Shown here: one piece after another, positions 48,522 to 61,606 of the stretch
Layout: each line of letters starts with the position of its first letter
How positions within the stretch are numbered: the stretch's first letter is position 1
Source: Basidiobolus meristosporus CBS 931.73
Lineage: Eukaryota; Fungi; Basidiobolomycota
NCBI GenBank assembly: GCA_002104905.1
Contig: MCFE01000058.1
Coordinates: 1-64,000 of the forward strand
Direction of reading: 5' to 3'
Length of the DNA stretch: 64,000 nucleotides
Position numbers and translations under genes: made by a program
Notes under the pieces: generated by a model
What the model saw: only the letters and a program-made list of their open reading frames with translations
What the model was told of the DNA's origin: nothing
Database searches by the model: none

Positions 48522-49979
48522 ATGGCAACTAGAAGCCGCACCCTATTATTTCTGCAGTATAGAAACTCTTTTTCCCATACCCATCGCGCTCGTGCTCAAC
48601 CCGAGTTAAATGGGTCGGCTGAACGTGCGGGCCTTATTGCGGGTGCTGATCAAGATAACGAAACCATTATAGAGCTTTCAGTTCTTCCACCGAAATGGTA
48701 TAAACATTTCTTATTTAATACGGGGAATCGTTGACGTTGCGGCGTCTGTGGACTCTACCCATACTCTACCTTCCTTCGCTGGATCCTGCACAAACAACTC
48801 GTATGCTAACTACTCTTTGTCAATCTAGGGTTGACCTGGTAGATGAGGTAAGTTTCGCGTCCAGTGGTTACAAAATTCGTCCCCTCCCCCCCCAGGACGA
48901 AGGTCTGTCGAAGTTCTTGAAGGGAGCTAACCTCTGTCCCATCTTTAGATCAACGAGATTATCGAGGAAATAAAAGGAAAAAGTAAGAGACACATATGGC
49001 GAATTTCCTCCCTCCTCCTGCTAAACGCTTTCTTCACCTCGTCTTTCGTTAGTGACCAAACTGGATGGGCTTCACAAAAAACATCTGTTACCAGGCTTTG
49101 ACGACAATAGAGAGGAGGAGCAGCTAATCGAAGACCTGACGAATGAGATAACCCAGGTAACCCTCGTCTGTTGGACCATCCGATGGAACTCTCGCTCACA
49201 ACCCCTCCGTAGGATATACAAAACTGCCACAATCGGATCAAACTGGTCGATCCGGACAAGGGACATAACAGTTTGAAGAAGGAGAACCGGGAGGGGATGC
49301 TCAACAAGAACGTGCAAATCTCCATGGCCACCAAGGTGCAGGAGCTCTCCGCGGCATTCCGAAAGCAACAGTCGACCTATCTAGAGAGTAAGTCGCAGTG
49401 CTCCTCCTTCCCCGACCACTCCCATTAACCCGCATTCACCCGTCAGAACTACGTGCTCCGCTCACCCGCAACAAAGACCTCTTCATGATCGGTGACGACG
49501 AATCGGAGTTCACTTTTGGCGATGAGGAGGTGAGTTCGCTTGTCAGGCCCCATTTCGGAGAGCTCGCGTCTGATGCATGTCATTCTACAGGGATTCAATG
49601 ACTCTCAGCTTGCGCTGGTCGAATCCTCGGAGGAGGCGATAGAGCAGCGAGAACGGGAGATCAACGAGATAGCAAAGTCCATCGGCACGTTGGCCGAGAT
49701 CTTCCGGGAGCTGCAGACGCTCGTTATTGACCAGGGGACTCTGCTCGATCGAATCGATTACAACGTCGAGCAGGTGGCGATGCATATGAATTCCGCGGTC
49801 GAGGAGCTGGAGCAGGTGGGTTCAACGGAGCAGGCGTGGTATTCGTGGGCTAACCAAGCATTCTTGTCTAGGGCGCTACTTACCAGAAGAGCAGCGGTCG
49901 CAAGCAATTGGTGATTTTACTGCTGCTGCTTATCCTCGGGATGATCGTCGTCCTTATATTCAGGCTGGGCTCCCGATGA
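48522..49979 (+). CDS. TLG2: Syntaxin-16 family t-SNARE, multi-exon
   Basis: N-peptide MATRSRT.LFLQYR, LPPKW|VD, LLPGFDD, SNARE motif RE.EI.EIAKSI..LAEIFRELQ.LVIDQGT.LDRIDYNVE, C-terminal TM helix. Confidence 0.93.
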
Positions 49980-50308
49980 TGCATCCCCACTATAAATACT
50001 CCCACGTCTCGAGACAAAGTGCCTAAAATCGGTAGAAGAATATTTCCCTGTATTATACCTCTCCCCATCCTCTCATCCTCTCATCCTCCCATCCTTCCCT
50101 CCACTTAATAAATGTCTTGGTTGCGTTGCATTGCGTTTACTTGGAGAAATGCTTGCATTTGATGCTTGCGTTTACTCTGCTCTACATGTGATTGGATGAA
50201 GTTACTAAGATTAAGGGTGGGTGTTCCTTGGTGAGACACGGGGGATGAACGGACGAGTATGTGCGGGGGTGGGGTGGGGTGAAAGAGTACAATGATGATC
50301 GGGGGCAA

Positions 50309-53300
50309 CTACATAAATTCCATGTTCTGCGCCTTCGAGTAGCGGACCGTTCCGTTGGACACGATGGCGTCGACCCCATGGGCTTCCTGAAGCTGGACGT
50401 TCTTGGGGTCGTCATTCAAGGGTCCGAAGGAGGCCAGGATCAGGCCGCTCTCCTTGATGCTCTGGATCAGCGAGGGGACTTGGACCTAATGAATGCAAGG
50501 TGGGTGAGTTTGGGGTCGTCCAGGCGCCCATTCAACCACACGTACCAGGGGCGTGGCTTCACACATGATTCCCAGCAAATTGTTGCGACGGCTGAACTTG
50601 ACCGCCTCCTTTATGGAGAGTAGCCGGGCATCCTCCTCGTACTCCTCGTCGTAATACTCCGACTCGAACAGGGTCGTCTGCTCGGCGTCCTTGCGCTTCC
50701 GCCGTAGACTGAACGAGTCGCTTTTGAATCCGCAGTAGGTGCTGAAGAACACCGCATCTACAAGAAAGGGGAAACGTCATTACTGGGCCATGGTCATCGT
50801 GGTACGTGGTGGACCTACAGTTTGGCTGCTTCCAGTTCACCACGCGACATATCGACGGGTTGAACGAGGTGAAGATGATGTTTCTCTGGGTCTTGTCCAC
50901 CGACAACGGCACCTCGCTGCTTTTCGAGGTGTTGGCATGGCGGTAGACCACCTGCAACACGGTGTCCACGAAATCGTTGATGTCTGTGACGTCGCCAAGC
51001 TTGAACAGGTTCATCTCCGTCGAGGTGGGGTACTTGATATCTATGCCCAGGCCGATGCTAGAGGGGAGGGTCTGAAAGGGAAAGGTGGGTGAGAAGGGTG
51101 GCTGGGATATGGCGAATGTTTACTCCGGCTCACCTTGAACACTTCTTCCAAGGACATGAACGAGTGGGTGACCTTCTTCACCAGGTCCGTGCTGGAGCTG
51201 GTCCCGTTCCAGTCCATCATGTCCGAGGACTGGTTCAGCTTCTCCGCAATCGATTTGAACTGCTTGTAGCTAACGTTGGAGACGCAAAGATCGAAGCCCT
51301 CCACGGGCAGATACCAGTTGGGATAGACCACGGGAACCATGTCCCGCGTAACCTGCACAACCAACTGGATGTATTCGTCCGCGAAGGGAAGAGGCGGTGA
51401 TGAGCGAGAGGTTAGGGTTGCTCACATCCCCTAGTAGGCTGTCCGAGGTGGCTGGCGAGGGTTTGGCCGCGCTGGTGGATTTCCAGTAGGTCTCGATGCG
51501 CCCGCCAATCTCCAGCTTCACTTCCTGGAACGGCTTGATGACCAGGAATTCAAAGGCCAGCTCTCCAACGACCTTAAGGTGGGTATCGAGGAATGGGCAG
51601 ATCACCTTTCCGCCCGAGTAGTGCTTGCTGCGGCCCTCGTGCTCGTTGTTGAAGATCGAGGGGAGCGAGACGGCCTTGCCAATCACCTTGGACCCGAACG
51701 TGGGGAAGATCTCGAAATCCACCGAGAAGTTGCTCAACGAGTCGACCTGGAAGGTGAACGACTCTCTCTTGTCACCCAAGGGTAGGATCACACTGTGAGG
51801 GATGATTCCGGTGTCCGGCTTCGGCGAGATGACCAGCTTGAGCGAGGACAGCCGGGAGTTTCCGTACAGACGGACGGGCGGCCGAGAGGTCTTGGTTGAC
51901 AGATGGCCGAGGGTCATGTGGATTTGATATTTCTTGTCCAGGTAGTTGTGACCATAGATTCGGAACGGGATGATGGGCGGGGGAAGTTCAAGCGATGGGA
52001 TGGCATCTATATCATCGTTCTCATCCTCGGAGTTGGGTGGAAGTGGCACGCTAGCCACGGCCGGCTCAACGGGCTCCACAGCGATGTCGGTGTGGACACC
52101 TGCGTCGAGTAACATCTTCACACACTTGGCGTGGCCTTCAATCGCGCCGTAGAATATGGGGGTCGCACCAGAGTCGTCTCTGACGTTCACTTTGCATCCC
52201 GCTTCCAATAAGATCCGCACACATTCGGCATGCCCTTCGCTGGTGGCATAGAAGATTGGCGTCCAGCCATGGAAGGTGTCCGTGGTGTCCAGCTGGGCTC
52301 CATTCTCCACCAGCAGCTTGGACAGCATCACATGCCCCTCACGGCACGTCAGGTGGAGTGGATACAGCCCTTCCGAGTTGGGGATGATCTTGGCTCCTTT
52401 GCTCAGCAGCAAAGTGGCGATGTCCTTGTGGCCGTACTGGCAAGCAAGAAGCAATGGGATGTGTCCGTTGTTGGAAGGCCTGGGCTCGATCTCCGCTCCC
52501 CGTTCCAAGAACAGCTCCACGCATCTTGTGTGACCGTTGATGACCGCGTAGATCAAAGGGTTAAACCCATCGTGGTCCAGTGGAGAGATCTCCGCACTGG
52601 AGTCCAGTAGATACGTGACGCACTCGGCATAGCCGTACATGGAGGCGTAGTGCAGCGGCTTTCTGCCGTAGACATCGTTGGCGTGAAGGTCCGCACCATT
52701 GCTTACACACATCGCAAGGATATCGGAGCGGCCGTTGATGGCCGTCTCGTGAAGGCAGGTTCGGTCGCTGATGTCGTCGGCGTAGTTGAAATTGACAAAG
52801 CCTGTCTTCAGCAGGAGCAGGATGCACTCAGTGGACACCTCTGTGCAGGCTCTCCAGAAAACCCGGGAGATGCAGTCCCTCTCCTCTGACGTGGGGTTGT
52901 GCAATCTACGGTCCAGGATCTCCTGTGCCTCCATGATCCTACCCGAAAGTAGCGCATTGAAAAGCTCGGCCTCGAGGTCCTCAGCTACCGCATAGCCTCC
53001 GCCTAGCTGCATCGAGGGGCGCTCGACCGCAGGGGACTGGAGTGGCAGTCCCTCCGACATATTCTCCAGATCGAGGAGGTTAGTGGCCGCGGAGTCGGCC
53101 AGTTCAGCGATGATATCTCGATTGAAACACGGCTGAACCTCCACCTGTCTGGATAGATAAAGCTCTTTGGTGCTGGATTTCGAACGTTTGTCCCACTTTT
53201 TGAGGATCTTTCGAAACCCGGTTGCGTTGATCTCCACGAATTGCTAAAGTACCAAAGGGAAACCGGATGAGTGGCGCGGGTCAGCGCAGGGGAAAGCAAC

Positions 53301-53896
53301 TACCTCCACTCTACCTGAAGCTTGTTCAGATCGTGCTGGAATTGGGCGAACGCTTCCCTCAGCGAAGCCAAAGAAGATAGGCTGTAGGAGGTTCTGGACT
53401 GGAGGATTTTTTTCTTGTCTATCAGGGTGCGCAACCGGACCTTCAGATCCGACTCCTTCTGCAGGTAAAAGATGTTGACCTAGAGGGGTATCAAAACGTT
53501 CCGAATCAATAAGACGCCCTTCACTTCGGGTTGTTGCAAGGCGCTTCACTCCACCCACCCCACCCCCTCCTCCTCCACCCGGAAAAACTCACTCTACCTT
53601 TTCCAACTCTCTCTCCAGCTTGAAGAAGAACGCGGCCTTCTGGGACTGCAGAAGTCTGGAGCGCGAGTCCGTCCCGCCGCTGAGCGTGTTCTGCAAGAGG
53701 GCGTCCGAGTTGGGTGCGGATTCCTCGTACCCGAGATTGTTGATGATCTTCTTGAGTCCTTTGTAGTTCACATAGTACGCGGCCCATTCGGGGAATTGCT
53801 GGGTCTGGATGTATTTTCCAAACTAGAAACGAAAATGGCCCGTCAGCAACGGACAGCCGGCGTGCGAAGGGAAGGCCGAGGGGTACTTACTTTCAT
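50309..53896 (-). CDS. PHO81: SPX-ankyrin-GDPD-like CDK inhibitor (Pho81/NUC-2), multi-exon
   Basis: MK|FGKYIQ...PEW..YYVNYKGLKKII, KAAFFFKLERELEKV, NATGFRKILKKWDKRSKS.TKELYLSRQVEVQPCFN, ankyrin repeats, GDPD-like tail (IFTSFNP, KQPN, KEAV.F...NNLLG). Confidence 0.88.
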
Positions 53897-55794
53897 GGTG
53901 GAAAACGAGGGGAGCTAGATATCCACCGAAGCGAGAAAAAACGTGGGTTGACTAGGGGGGGGGAACTCTCCGACAAAACGGTCAGATGGAGCCTGAGGCT
54001 TGAAGGGAAATTTTACTGGAAAGAAATATCGGTGGTTCGTCCGAGTGTCCGTGAATCGAACCGATTTCAGTGCCGTCCTGACTATAGATTAGGGGTCCCA
54101 TTTGAAAGAGTATATTTGGGCTTAGCAACGTATATTCTTCAAACAAATTGGCATGTGCTTTTGCTAGGCGTTGTTACTGGCTATCGTCAATCTTGACCAT
54201 CGGAGGGCTGGTGAAATGATCTCGGTTGATGCTTCCCAAGTACAGGATCACTTCCCTATATTTTACACCCAATGTCTTCCCCATGATTTGCCTCTCGTGC
54301 CGCTGATTGGCTTCGAAACCACCGTATTTCCTCGGATCCAGGGTAACCCACCTTTTGTGAACTGCTGGTTGTCTCATTGGTGTACAGTTCCTATCCTAAA
54401 TCGGGTGAGGCCGCTTAACGTCAAGTTCCCCATTGAAGTAGTGCCGTCGAAGAGAGTGGGTAGGGTGGAGCACAGGCTGCAGTTCAAAGTAAACCATCTT
54501 GGCCCATCAATGGTTTGGTGAGGCACATGAAGATCCATGGATTGATTGGTTGGCCTGATCATTCAACATGGCCATCTTTTCATGTGGTGATTGTCCCTTG
54601 CAACCGGTTGCGATTATCAGGGTTGTGCGCCATGTGGTCTCCTATGAATGCTACATACGCAGCATCGATCCCTCCCAATCTCCAGCCACCGTTTCCCAAT
54701 CCAAGAATCCTTGCAGATGTCCCCAACCTTTGCCACCCGCTCGCATCGTCAGTCTGGGTTCTCTCCCCGTGTCGATGATCAGCATTCCCCACACTCCAGA
54801 TCACATCCCAGCCTTCACGCTCAAAGGCTACTTCGCAATTCGCTTGTACTGTAGCCATGTGGTCGGCAGGGAGAACTCCTCAATAACATCGCTGAAACTC
54901 GCACACCACATCGTACCCTTAACACCACATCGTACCCTTATATGGCTATCCATCAACCTTGGTTCATTCCCAGCTAGTGCGGTCCGAGGATTGCGCGTAT
55001 GTGTTATCGCCATTCCGAACCAGCTGAGCAAGTGGTAGGATCCTTTGTCTCGCGGAGTCCGTCCATTCCACCGTCCGACTCCCTCGTGGTCCTTCGACAC
55101 CGGATTGTTCCCAGCACCATGATCCTAGTACGACTTCACCTCTCTCAAAGCATAAATCACCTGCCACTTTCCGGGTGCCCACCCACCGGAAACAAGCCAA
55201 ATCAGGTTAAGCTTGGCCAAGGGGAGGGATCCTGGGTACCTGTGGGGAGGCCGAAGCAATCCGACGGTCGCGCTTGATTACCCGTGCGCATGCTGCGTGG
55301 TTGATTTTAGCGTCTAATCAATCATACGCCACAGGTTCGTGCATAGCTAAGGCTCCATCCCGAGAAAGCTGTTCAGCAGCCATCGCGCCAAACCCTTTCT
55401 CATATTAGAATCGCCCGACTTTGCCCAATCAATCCAATTGGTGAAGCGATCACTCTCTCTTCAAGTCCCATTTCAATCTACCAGCACACCCAGCCCGCTC
55501 GTACTTTGATAGCCCATATTCTGTTCGTAACTGCTTGGGATTCCTTGCAAGCGCTCTTGTCATTGCTTGTATGCAGTAAGTACATGAGTAAGAATCCATT
55601 GCTTCAATTCCATAAATCGATCGCTGAACATCACTCATTGTTCTAAATACTCCGGTTCACTTCTAAGCTCCCACTGACACTTTCAATAGGTTACACGTTC
55701 TGGGCTAGAAGTCTACAGTAGACCACCACCACTTTTGTGCTTTCCTCCATATCTAGAATACTTCTTGGTGAGAACTTTCATGTTTGAGAGACAC

Positions 55795-56480
55795 TAAAAG
55801 TATGGATACCACTTTCATATCCAATGAATCATCAGGTGAAAACCATATAATCTACTTGTTCTCCCAATCCCCTCCAATATCTCCAAAACTCTTACAACTG
55901 GCTATGAGCCACAAAATGGCACTCTCTGGAATGTCTACTACTGCTATTACTGGAATATTCCCCTCTGCTGAGAAGTTGGATGGATCTAACTATCAAGCTC
56001 AGAAGGTGAAGATGAAGATGCTGCTACAGGAAAGAGGACTTTGGGATACTGTTGTTGGAGAGCAATGACCTTCTAAGCATGTAAGAGAAGAAGCCATTAA
56101 GTACCTGAAGAAAGAACAAAATATCTTTAACTGTGTTTGCCTCAGAGTAAAATACAAATTACTAATTTCAATGCTCAAAAGCAAAAATGACAAAGAATGC
56201 CTGAAAGACATTAGAAGACACCTACCAGTCATGCTCAGCTACTAAGAAGTTGTATCTTAGACAAAAACTCTTTATTACAAAGCTGCTCCCAGGAGAAGAA
56301 ATGAAATTTAATCAACAGAATTAGACTGTTGGTTGCTAAGTTGGAATTAGTGGGCATAAAAACTATTAGCAAAGATGTGGAAGCTACTGTCCTCAATTGC
56401 CTGACACATAGGTTTCCAGGCCTTGTATCAACCTCAGAGTCCAAAACTGAAGATCTGGCTTTAAACTGTGTATATGGAAT
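55795..56480 (+). mobile_element. Decayed Ty1/copia 5' fragment 1 (LTR 3' end, PBS about 55900, gag)
   Basis: LTR-homologous GTGAAAACCA.ATAATCTACTTG, degenerate PBS GGCTATGAGCC, gag KLDGSNYQA.KVKMKMLL.ERGLWD with stops. Confidence 0.85.
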
Positions 56481-56879
56481 CTGAAAAATCACAGTGTTGT
56501 ATTTGTTTGATTTTTGGCTAGAATTCAGCTGGTGTTTCTGCTTCATATTTTTATTTGTACTTTTAGGTCAAAGTTTTGAGCAGATGATTACCATGTTTAG
56601 TATGCATCCTAATTGGCCTAGTCTCCCCCTGGAAAGTATGTCTGCTTGTCTTCTGGGAAGCTAGTACCTAAGATGTTAAGAGTGGATGCTTTTGGGAGAG
56701 TTGAAAATCATCTGATATTATAAGGGTATTCTGCTGGCCTTTACTTAGTTTGGTTTCTTAGGCAGTGTTTTAAGTATTTTGGAGATATTTGAAGCAACTG
56801 GAGGAGCACACAGATTGTATGCTTCATACCTAACATCTAATTGAATGTAAAAGTAGTATTTATCCATAGCACTTGTTTA

Positions 56880-57287
56880 GCCAAGAATGTACTGGAGTAT
56901 AAACCTAACTTTTATATTTGATGAATCAATAAGTGAAAACCACATAATCTACTTACTCTTCAGACCACCTCCAATATCACTAAAACTTTCACAATAGGTT
57001 ATGAGCACCAAGCTGTCATGCTCTGCAGTGTCTGCAACTGCTATTGCTAGAGTTTTTCCTGCTGCTGAAAAGTTGGTTTGATCCAAATACCAAGTCTGGA
57101 AGGTGATGATAAATATGCTACTACAGAAGATGGGCATTTGGGATGATCTTAAAGGAGGAAAATGCCTGCCTAAAGGTGTTGCAGGGGAAGTCTTAAGGTA
57201 CAAGAAGAAAGACAAAGTGCCTTTAACTGCATTTGCCAGAATATCACAAACAACTTGAAATTTCAGTGCTCAAGAGCAAAAGCAGTA
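56880..57287 (+). mobile_element. Decayed Ty1/copia 5' fragment 2 (LTR end, PBS 56997, truncated gag)
   Basis: GGTTATGAGC at 56997-57006; gag-homologous KLV.SKYQVWKVM..MLL.KMGIWD; homology ends at about 57281. Confidence 0.8.
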
Positions 57288-58477
57288 CCCTACAAAAAAT
57301 TGTTGTGATGATCCCGTCAAATGGCCATCACAAATTTAAAGTCCCATGACTAGAAGGTACTGACCCTGTCAGGACACTGTGCAGAGACCGTTGAATGTAA
57401 CTGCACCACAGATTTCACAAAAAACTTGGTCAAAATTTTTCATCTCAACAATATCAAAGTGACTTTTGATTGGTTCCCTGCCAATCCGCTCACTTTCTCA
57501 TCCCAGACACTCATTAACCTCCTATGTTTGTGTACATTGATTGGCTATTGCCTCTTTTTACACTCCTTACTTCCTGACTCAACTGTTTCTCTTACTTTTT
57601 ATGTGTACAAGTTGATTTATTTCTGTTGAAGCTTCAGTTGTACCTCAATTGCCAATTGTATTGACCTAGGCAGATCCCTGTACCCTACACTAACATTAAG
57701 CCCAACCCCACATTCAACAAGTAACTCCATTAAAATCCACTACTCAAGAAGTATTTCTGCTGTAACACTCTGCTTCCGTGACTCCAGTGGGAACCCAACA
57801 GCTTTATGTCACTGTTCATTCACTGGTTCCCATATGTCCTGGTCTTCAGCTGGCACTGTAAGGTCTAGCACCTCATCTGCCAGTCTTTGCAATAAATCCT
57901 TGCAATATTCAAGTGCATTTTCTTAAGCACTGCTCCTGAAGAAGTGCTGCAACCACTTGGTGTGCCTATTAATGTTCCAAAATTCCACAAAGGCATTCTG
58001 ATAGTGTTTCAAGTTCTTGATCTTGTTGCATTATCTGTCAGTAGGATCTCCACTCTGTCAACAATGGAGGACATGGAGGCTGTGGTAGACAAATTGCCTT
58101 TCTCTGCAAACTCATTTACCTTGCTGGAGTGTAGCTTAACTGCCTGCACTTCCAACTCTTGTGAAAGCAGCTGTTTTCTTGTTGATAATTCTTCTTGGCT
58201 ATGATGGGATTCAGTCTCTTCCAGGCTTCCAGCCTTAATTGACAAGGACTGCAGTTTTTCTTGTATGCTTCCCTGTTTCAGGCTTGGGTATACATTTTCC
58301 CTTTACCTTTTCCTTTATCACTGCCAGGTCTTTCACTGCCACTTTGTCTGAGTGCTTCTTGTAATAAACTATGTTTTCTCCTTGATAAATTCTGCTCTGA
58401 CACATCTGTTATAGCCTACCTATCCCTTGCTGGCACTCTTCTGGAAACTTGACATTTCTTTACTGCTTGTTTCTGTC

Positions 58478-61257
58478 ATAAAAACTTGTAATTCCCCCTG
58501 AATATTCACCTAGCATAGTCACCTAGATCATTACCATCAAATCCTAGAGAATGCTGACCAAATTCCTTGTTAGGATTTACTTAGAATATATATTAAGATC
58601 AGCTAATTTCTGGAGTAAAAATTGATCCCCCAGCTAATTTGGAGCACTGTGAAGCCTGCATATATGGGAAACAAGCCAGACAACTGTTCAAGAGCTCTGG
58701 GTTGATCAAAACTAAGAAAAAATTAGATCTAATTCACTCAGATCTGTGTGGACCTATGCAAAATTTTTCCTTAGGTGGGATAAAGTATTTAATCACCATT
58801 ATTGATGATTATACAAGATACACATGGGTCTACTTCATGGAGAGAAAGGAAGAAGCTCTGTCTAAGCTCAGGGAATTTAATGTTATGATGGAGAGAGAAA
58901 CTGGTGAAAAAATTAAGAAAATATGCTCTGACAATTGTGGAGAATATACCTCCAAACTCTTCATCCACTTCTGCAAAATTCATGGGATAAAGCAAGAGAC
59001 TACTGTACCATACTCCCCACAGCAGAATGGAGTAGCAGAAAGTGCTAACAGATCAATAATTGATATGGCAAGATCTATGCTCCATGATCACAAATTATCC
59101 TATTGTTTTTGGGCAGAATCAGTTGCCACTGCTATATATCTTAAGAATAGGAGTTATAACAGAATATTTTATGATTCTACTCCATTTGAAGCATGGCATG
59201 GATACAGACCAAGTGCAGAACATCTAAGAATATTAGGGTGTACAGCATATGCCAAGAAACTGCCAAGAAATCAGTCAAAATTTGAGCCAAAAAGTGTAAA
59301 ATGCATACTTTTGGGCTACTGCAATGAGAGTAAAGCATGCAGACTCTACAATACCAAAGCAAAGAAGCTAATCAAGTCTAGGGATGTGTTGTTTGATGAA
59401 AATTTAAAATTTCACAAAAAATGACACCAGATGTTGACAAAAATCTGATCTCAAGTCCACCAATTGTCAGGATTGAATCACAGCAATACAATGAAAGTTT
59501 TTTCACTCCAGAGGACTCTACAACCATGGTTCTGCCAGAATCAGTGCCCAGGAACATCCCAGAAGTGATCATTCCAGTATCAAATGCTTGGAGATCCAAT
59601 CAAACAAGAAATAGCCCAAATTACTATATCTATGAGGGTACAAACTTAGCCTATGCCTATTCAGTCCATATTGATGAGCCCCAGACTGTAAAAGAGGCCC
59701 TAAATATCCCTCAGACAAAATTTTAGAGATCTGCAATGACTGAGGAATATCAGGCCCTGATGGAAAATCAGACTTGGGACTTAGTCAAATTACCAATCAA
59801 CCAAAAATCAATTGGACGCAGATAGGTCTTCAAGACAAAATATAAGGCTGATGGTACAATTGAAAGATACAAAGCAAGACTTGTGGTCAAAGGATACTCT
59901 CAAACAAAAGGACCTGACTATACTGAGACCTTTGCACTAGTAGCCATGCTTAATTCCATTAGATCAATATTGGCTATTGCAGCCAAATATAAGTTTTTAA
60001 TTCATCAAATGGATGTAAAAACTGCATTTTTGAATGGAGAACTTGATGAGGATGTGTATATGGGTCAGCCTGATGGGTTTGCTGACCATGATAACCCCCA
60101 TTTGGTCTGCAAGCTTAAAAAGTCACTATATGGTCTCAAACAATCACCAAGAGCCTAGAATTGCAAGATAGATTCTTATTTGGAATCTTTGAGTTTCAAA
60201 AGGAGTAATGCTGACTAGAGTATATACTATAAGCCAGATAGAGCAAATCCAGTTCTATTAGCTGTATATGTAGATGATCTTATTATAGCTGCCAATAACC
60301 TAGCAACATTGAAAGAGACTAAATACAGCCTATCTAAAGATTTCAAGATGTCCAATCTAGGACAACTTAGTTACTACTTAGGGATTAAGTTCTCCATAGA
60401 CAGAAGTACCCAGACTATTACCCTAAGCCAATCCAAGTATATTCAAGATATACTAAAGAAGTACCAAATGGAAGACTGTAAAATGGCAGCTACTCCATTG
60501 GAGACAAACCTTAACTTGGTCAGAACTCAACCAAATCAAGACAGCTTGTTGCCATCTGAAAGCCCTGACTTGCATTATCAATCTATGGCAGCAGTCTGAT
60601 GTATATCATACTTGGAACATGTCAAGATATCTTATATTCAGTGGGAGTTGTCAGCCAACATAATCAGAATTTTGGATCTGACCACATTGCAGCAGTTAAG
60701 CAGATTTTTAGATACCTAAAAGGAACTGCTGATATCTGCTTAAGATACACTTATAAGGTCTCCAAACAGGATCTTGTGGGATACTCTGATGCCAATTGGG
60801 GACAAAACTTGGAAGACAGAAGATCCACCACAGGATACACCTTTCTTTACTGTAAAGGAGCAATTTCATGGAACTCAAGGATGCAACCAACCTTAGCACT
60901 TTCTACCACAGAGGCAGAGTACATGGCAGCCTGTGAAGCTACAAGAGAAGTAATGTGGTTAAGAAAGCTTTTCACAGATTTAGGCCTATGTCAATAATTA
61001 CCTGTTACTTTATTTCAAGATAATCAAGGATATATACAATTAGGTAGATATCCAACTTTTCATGCTAGAACCAAGCACATAGCTATCTGTCATCATTTCA
61101 TACATGAAACTATAGAGAATAGCCTAGTTAGCTTAGTTTACTGTCCTACAGATGAAATGATTGCAGACATACTTACTAAACCATCAGCTAGAGACAAGTT
61201 TGAATATCTTAGGTCAAAATTAGGACTAGTCAGTATGAACATTTAGCTGAGTGGGAG
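58478..61257 (+). mobile_element. Decayed Ty1/copia pol (integrase-RT-RNase H) directly preceded by an LTR 5' fragment (58478-58590)
   Basis: CEACIYGK, HSDLCGP, IDDYTRYTWVYF, SDNCGEY, PQQNGVAE; RT HQMDVKTAFLNG, LYGLKQSPR, YVDDL; RNase H YSDANW, STTEAEY, ADILTK. Several stops and frameshifts. PPT GAGTGGGAG at 61249-61257. Confidence 0.95.
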
Positions 61258-61606
61258 TGTTGTAAAAATTTGTAATTCCACCCAAATACTCACCTAACTT
61301 AGTCACTTAGATCATTACCTTCAAATCCTAGAGAATACTGACCTAATTCCTTGTTGGGATTTACTTAGAATATTTTCACCAAAATTCCAGATACATAGAA
61401 CATGAAAATTCTCAAAGTTGTTCAAACAGCCCCAAATTTTGTGCACATGTTCTTGGGACCTTCCTTAACCTATTCTACAAGTTTGTAATGCAAAAACCAT
61501 GTAAAAGTATAAATACTACTCTTACATTTAATAAATCATGGTGTGAAAACCACATAATCTACTTGTTGTCCCAATCACTTCCAATATCTCCAAGACTCTT
61601 ACAACA
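61258..61606 (+). repeat. Complete copia LTR, 349 bp (TGTTG...CAACA)
   Basis: Follows the PPT; 5-bp terminal inverted repeat; homologous to partial copies at 55.8, 56.9, 58.5 and 61.6-61.8 kb. Confidence 0.9.

Noticed and set aside
54000-55600. Dense cluster of 60-156 aa ORFs upstream of PHO81
   Set aside because: Overlapping frames on both strands with no domain motifs, as expected in moderately GC-rich intergenic DNA.
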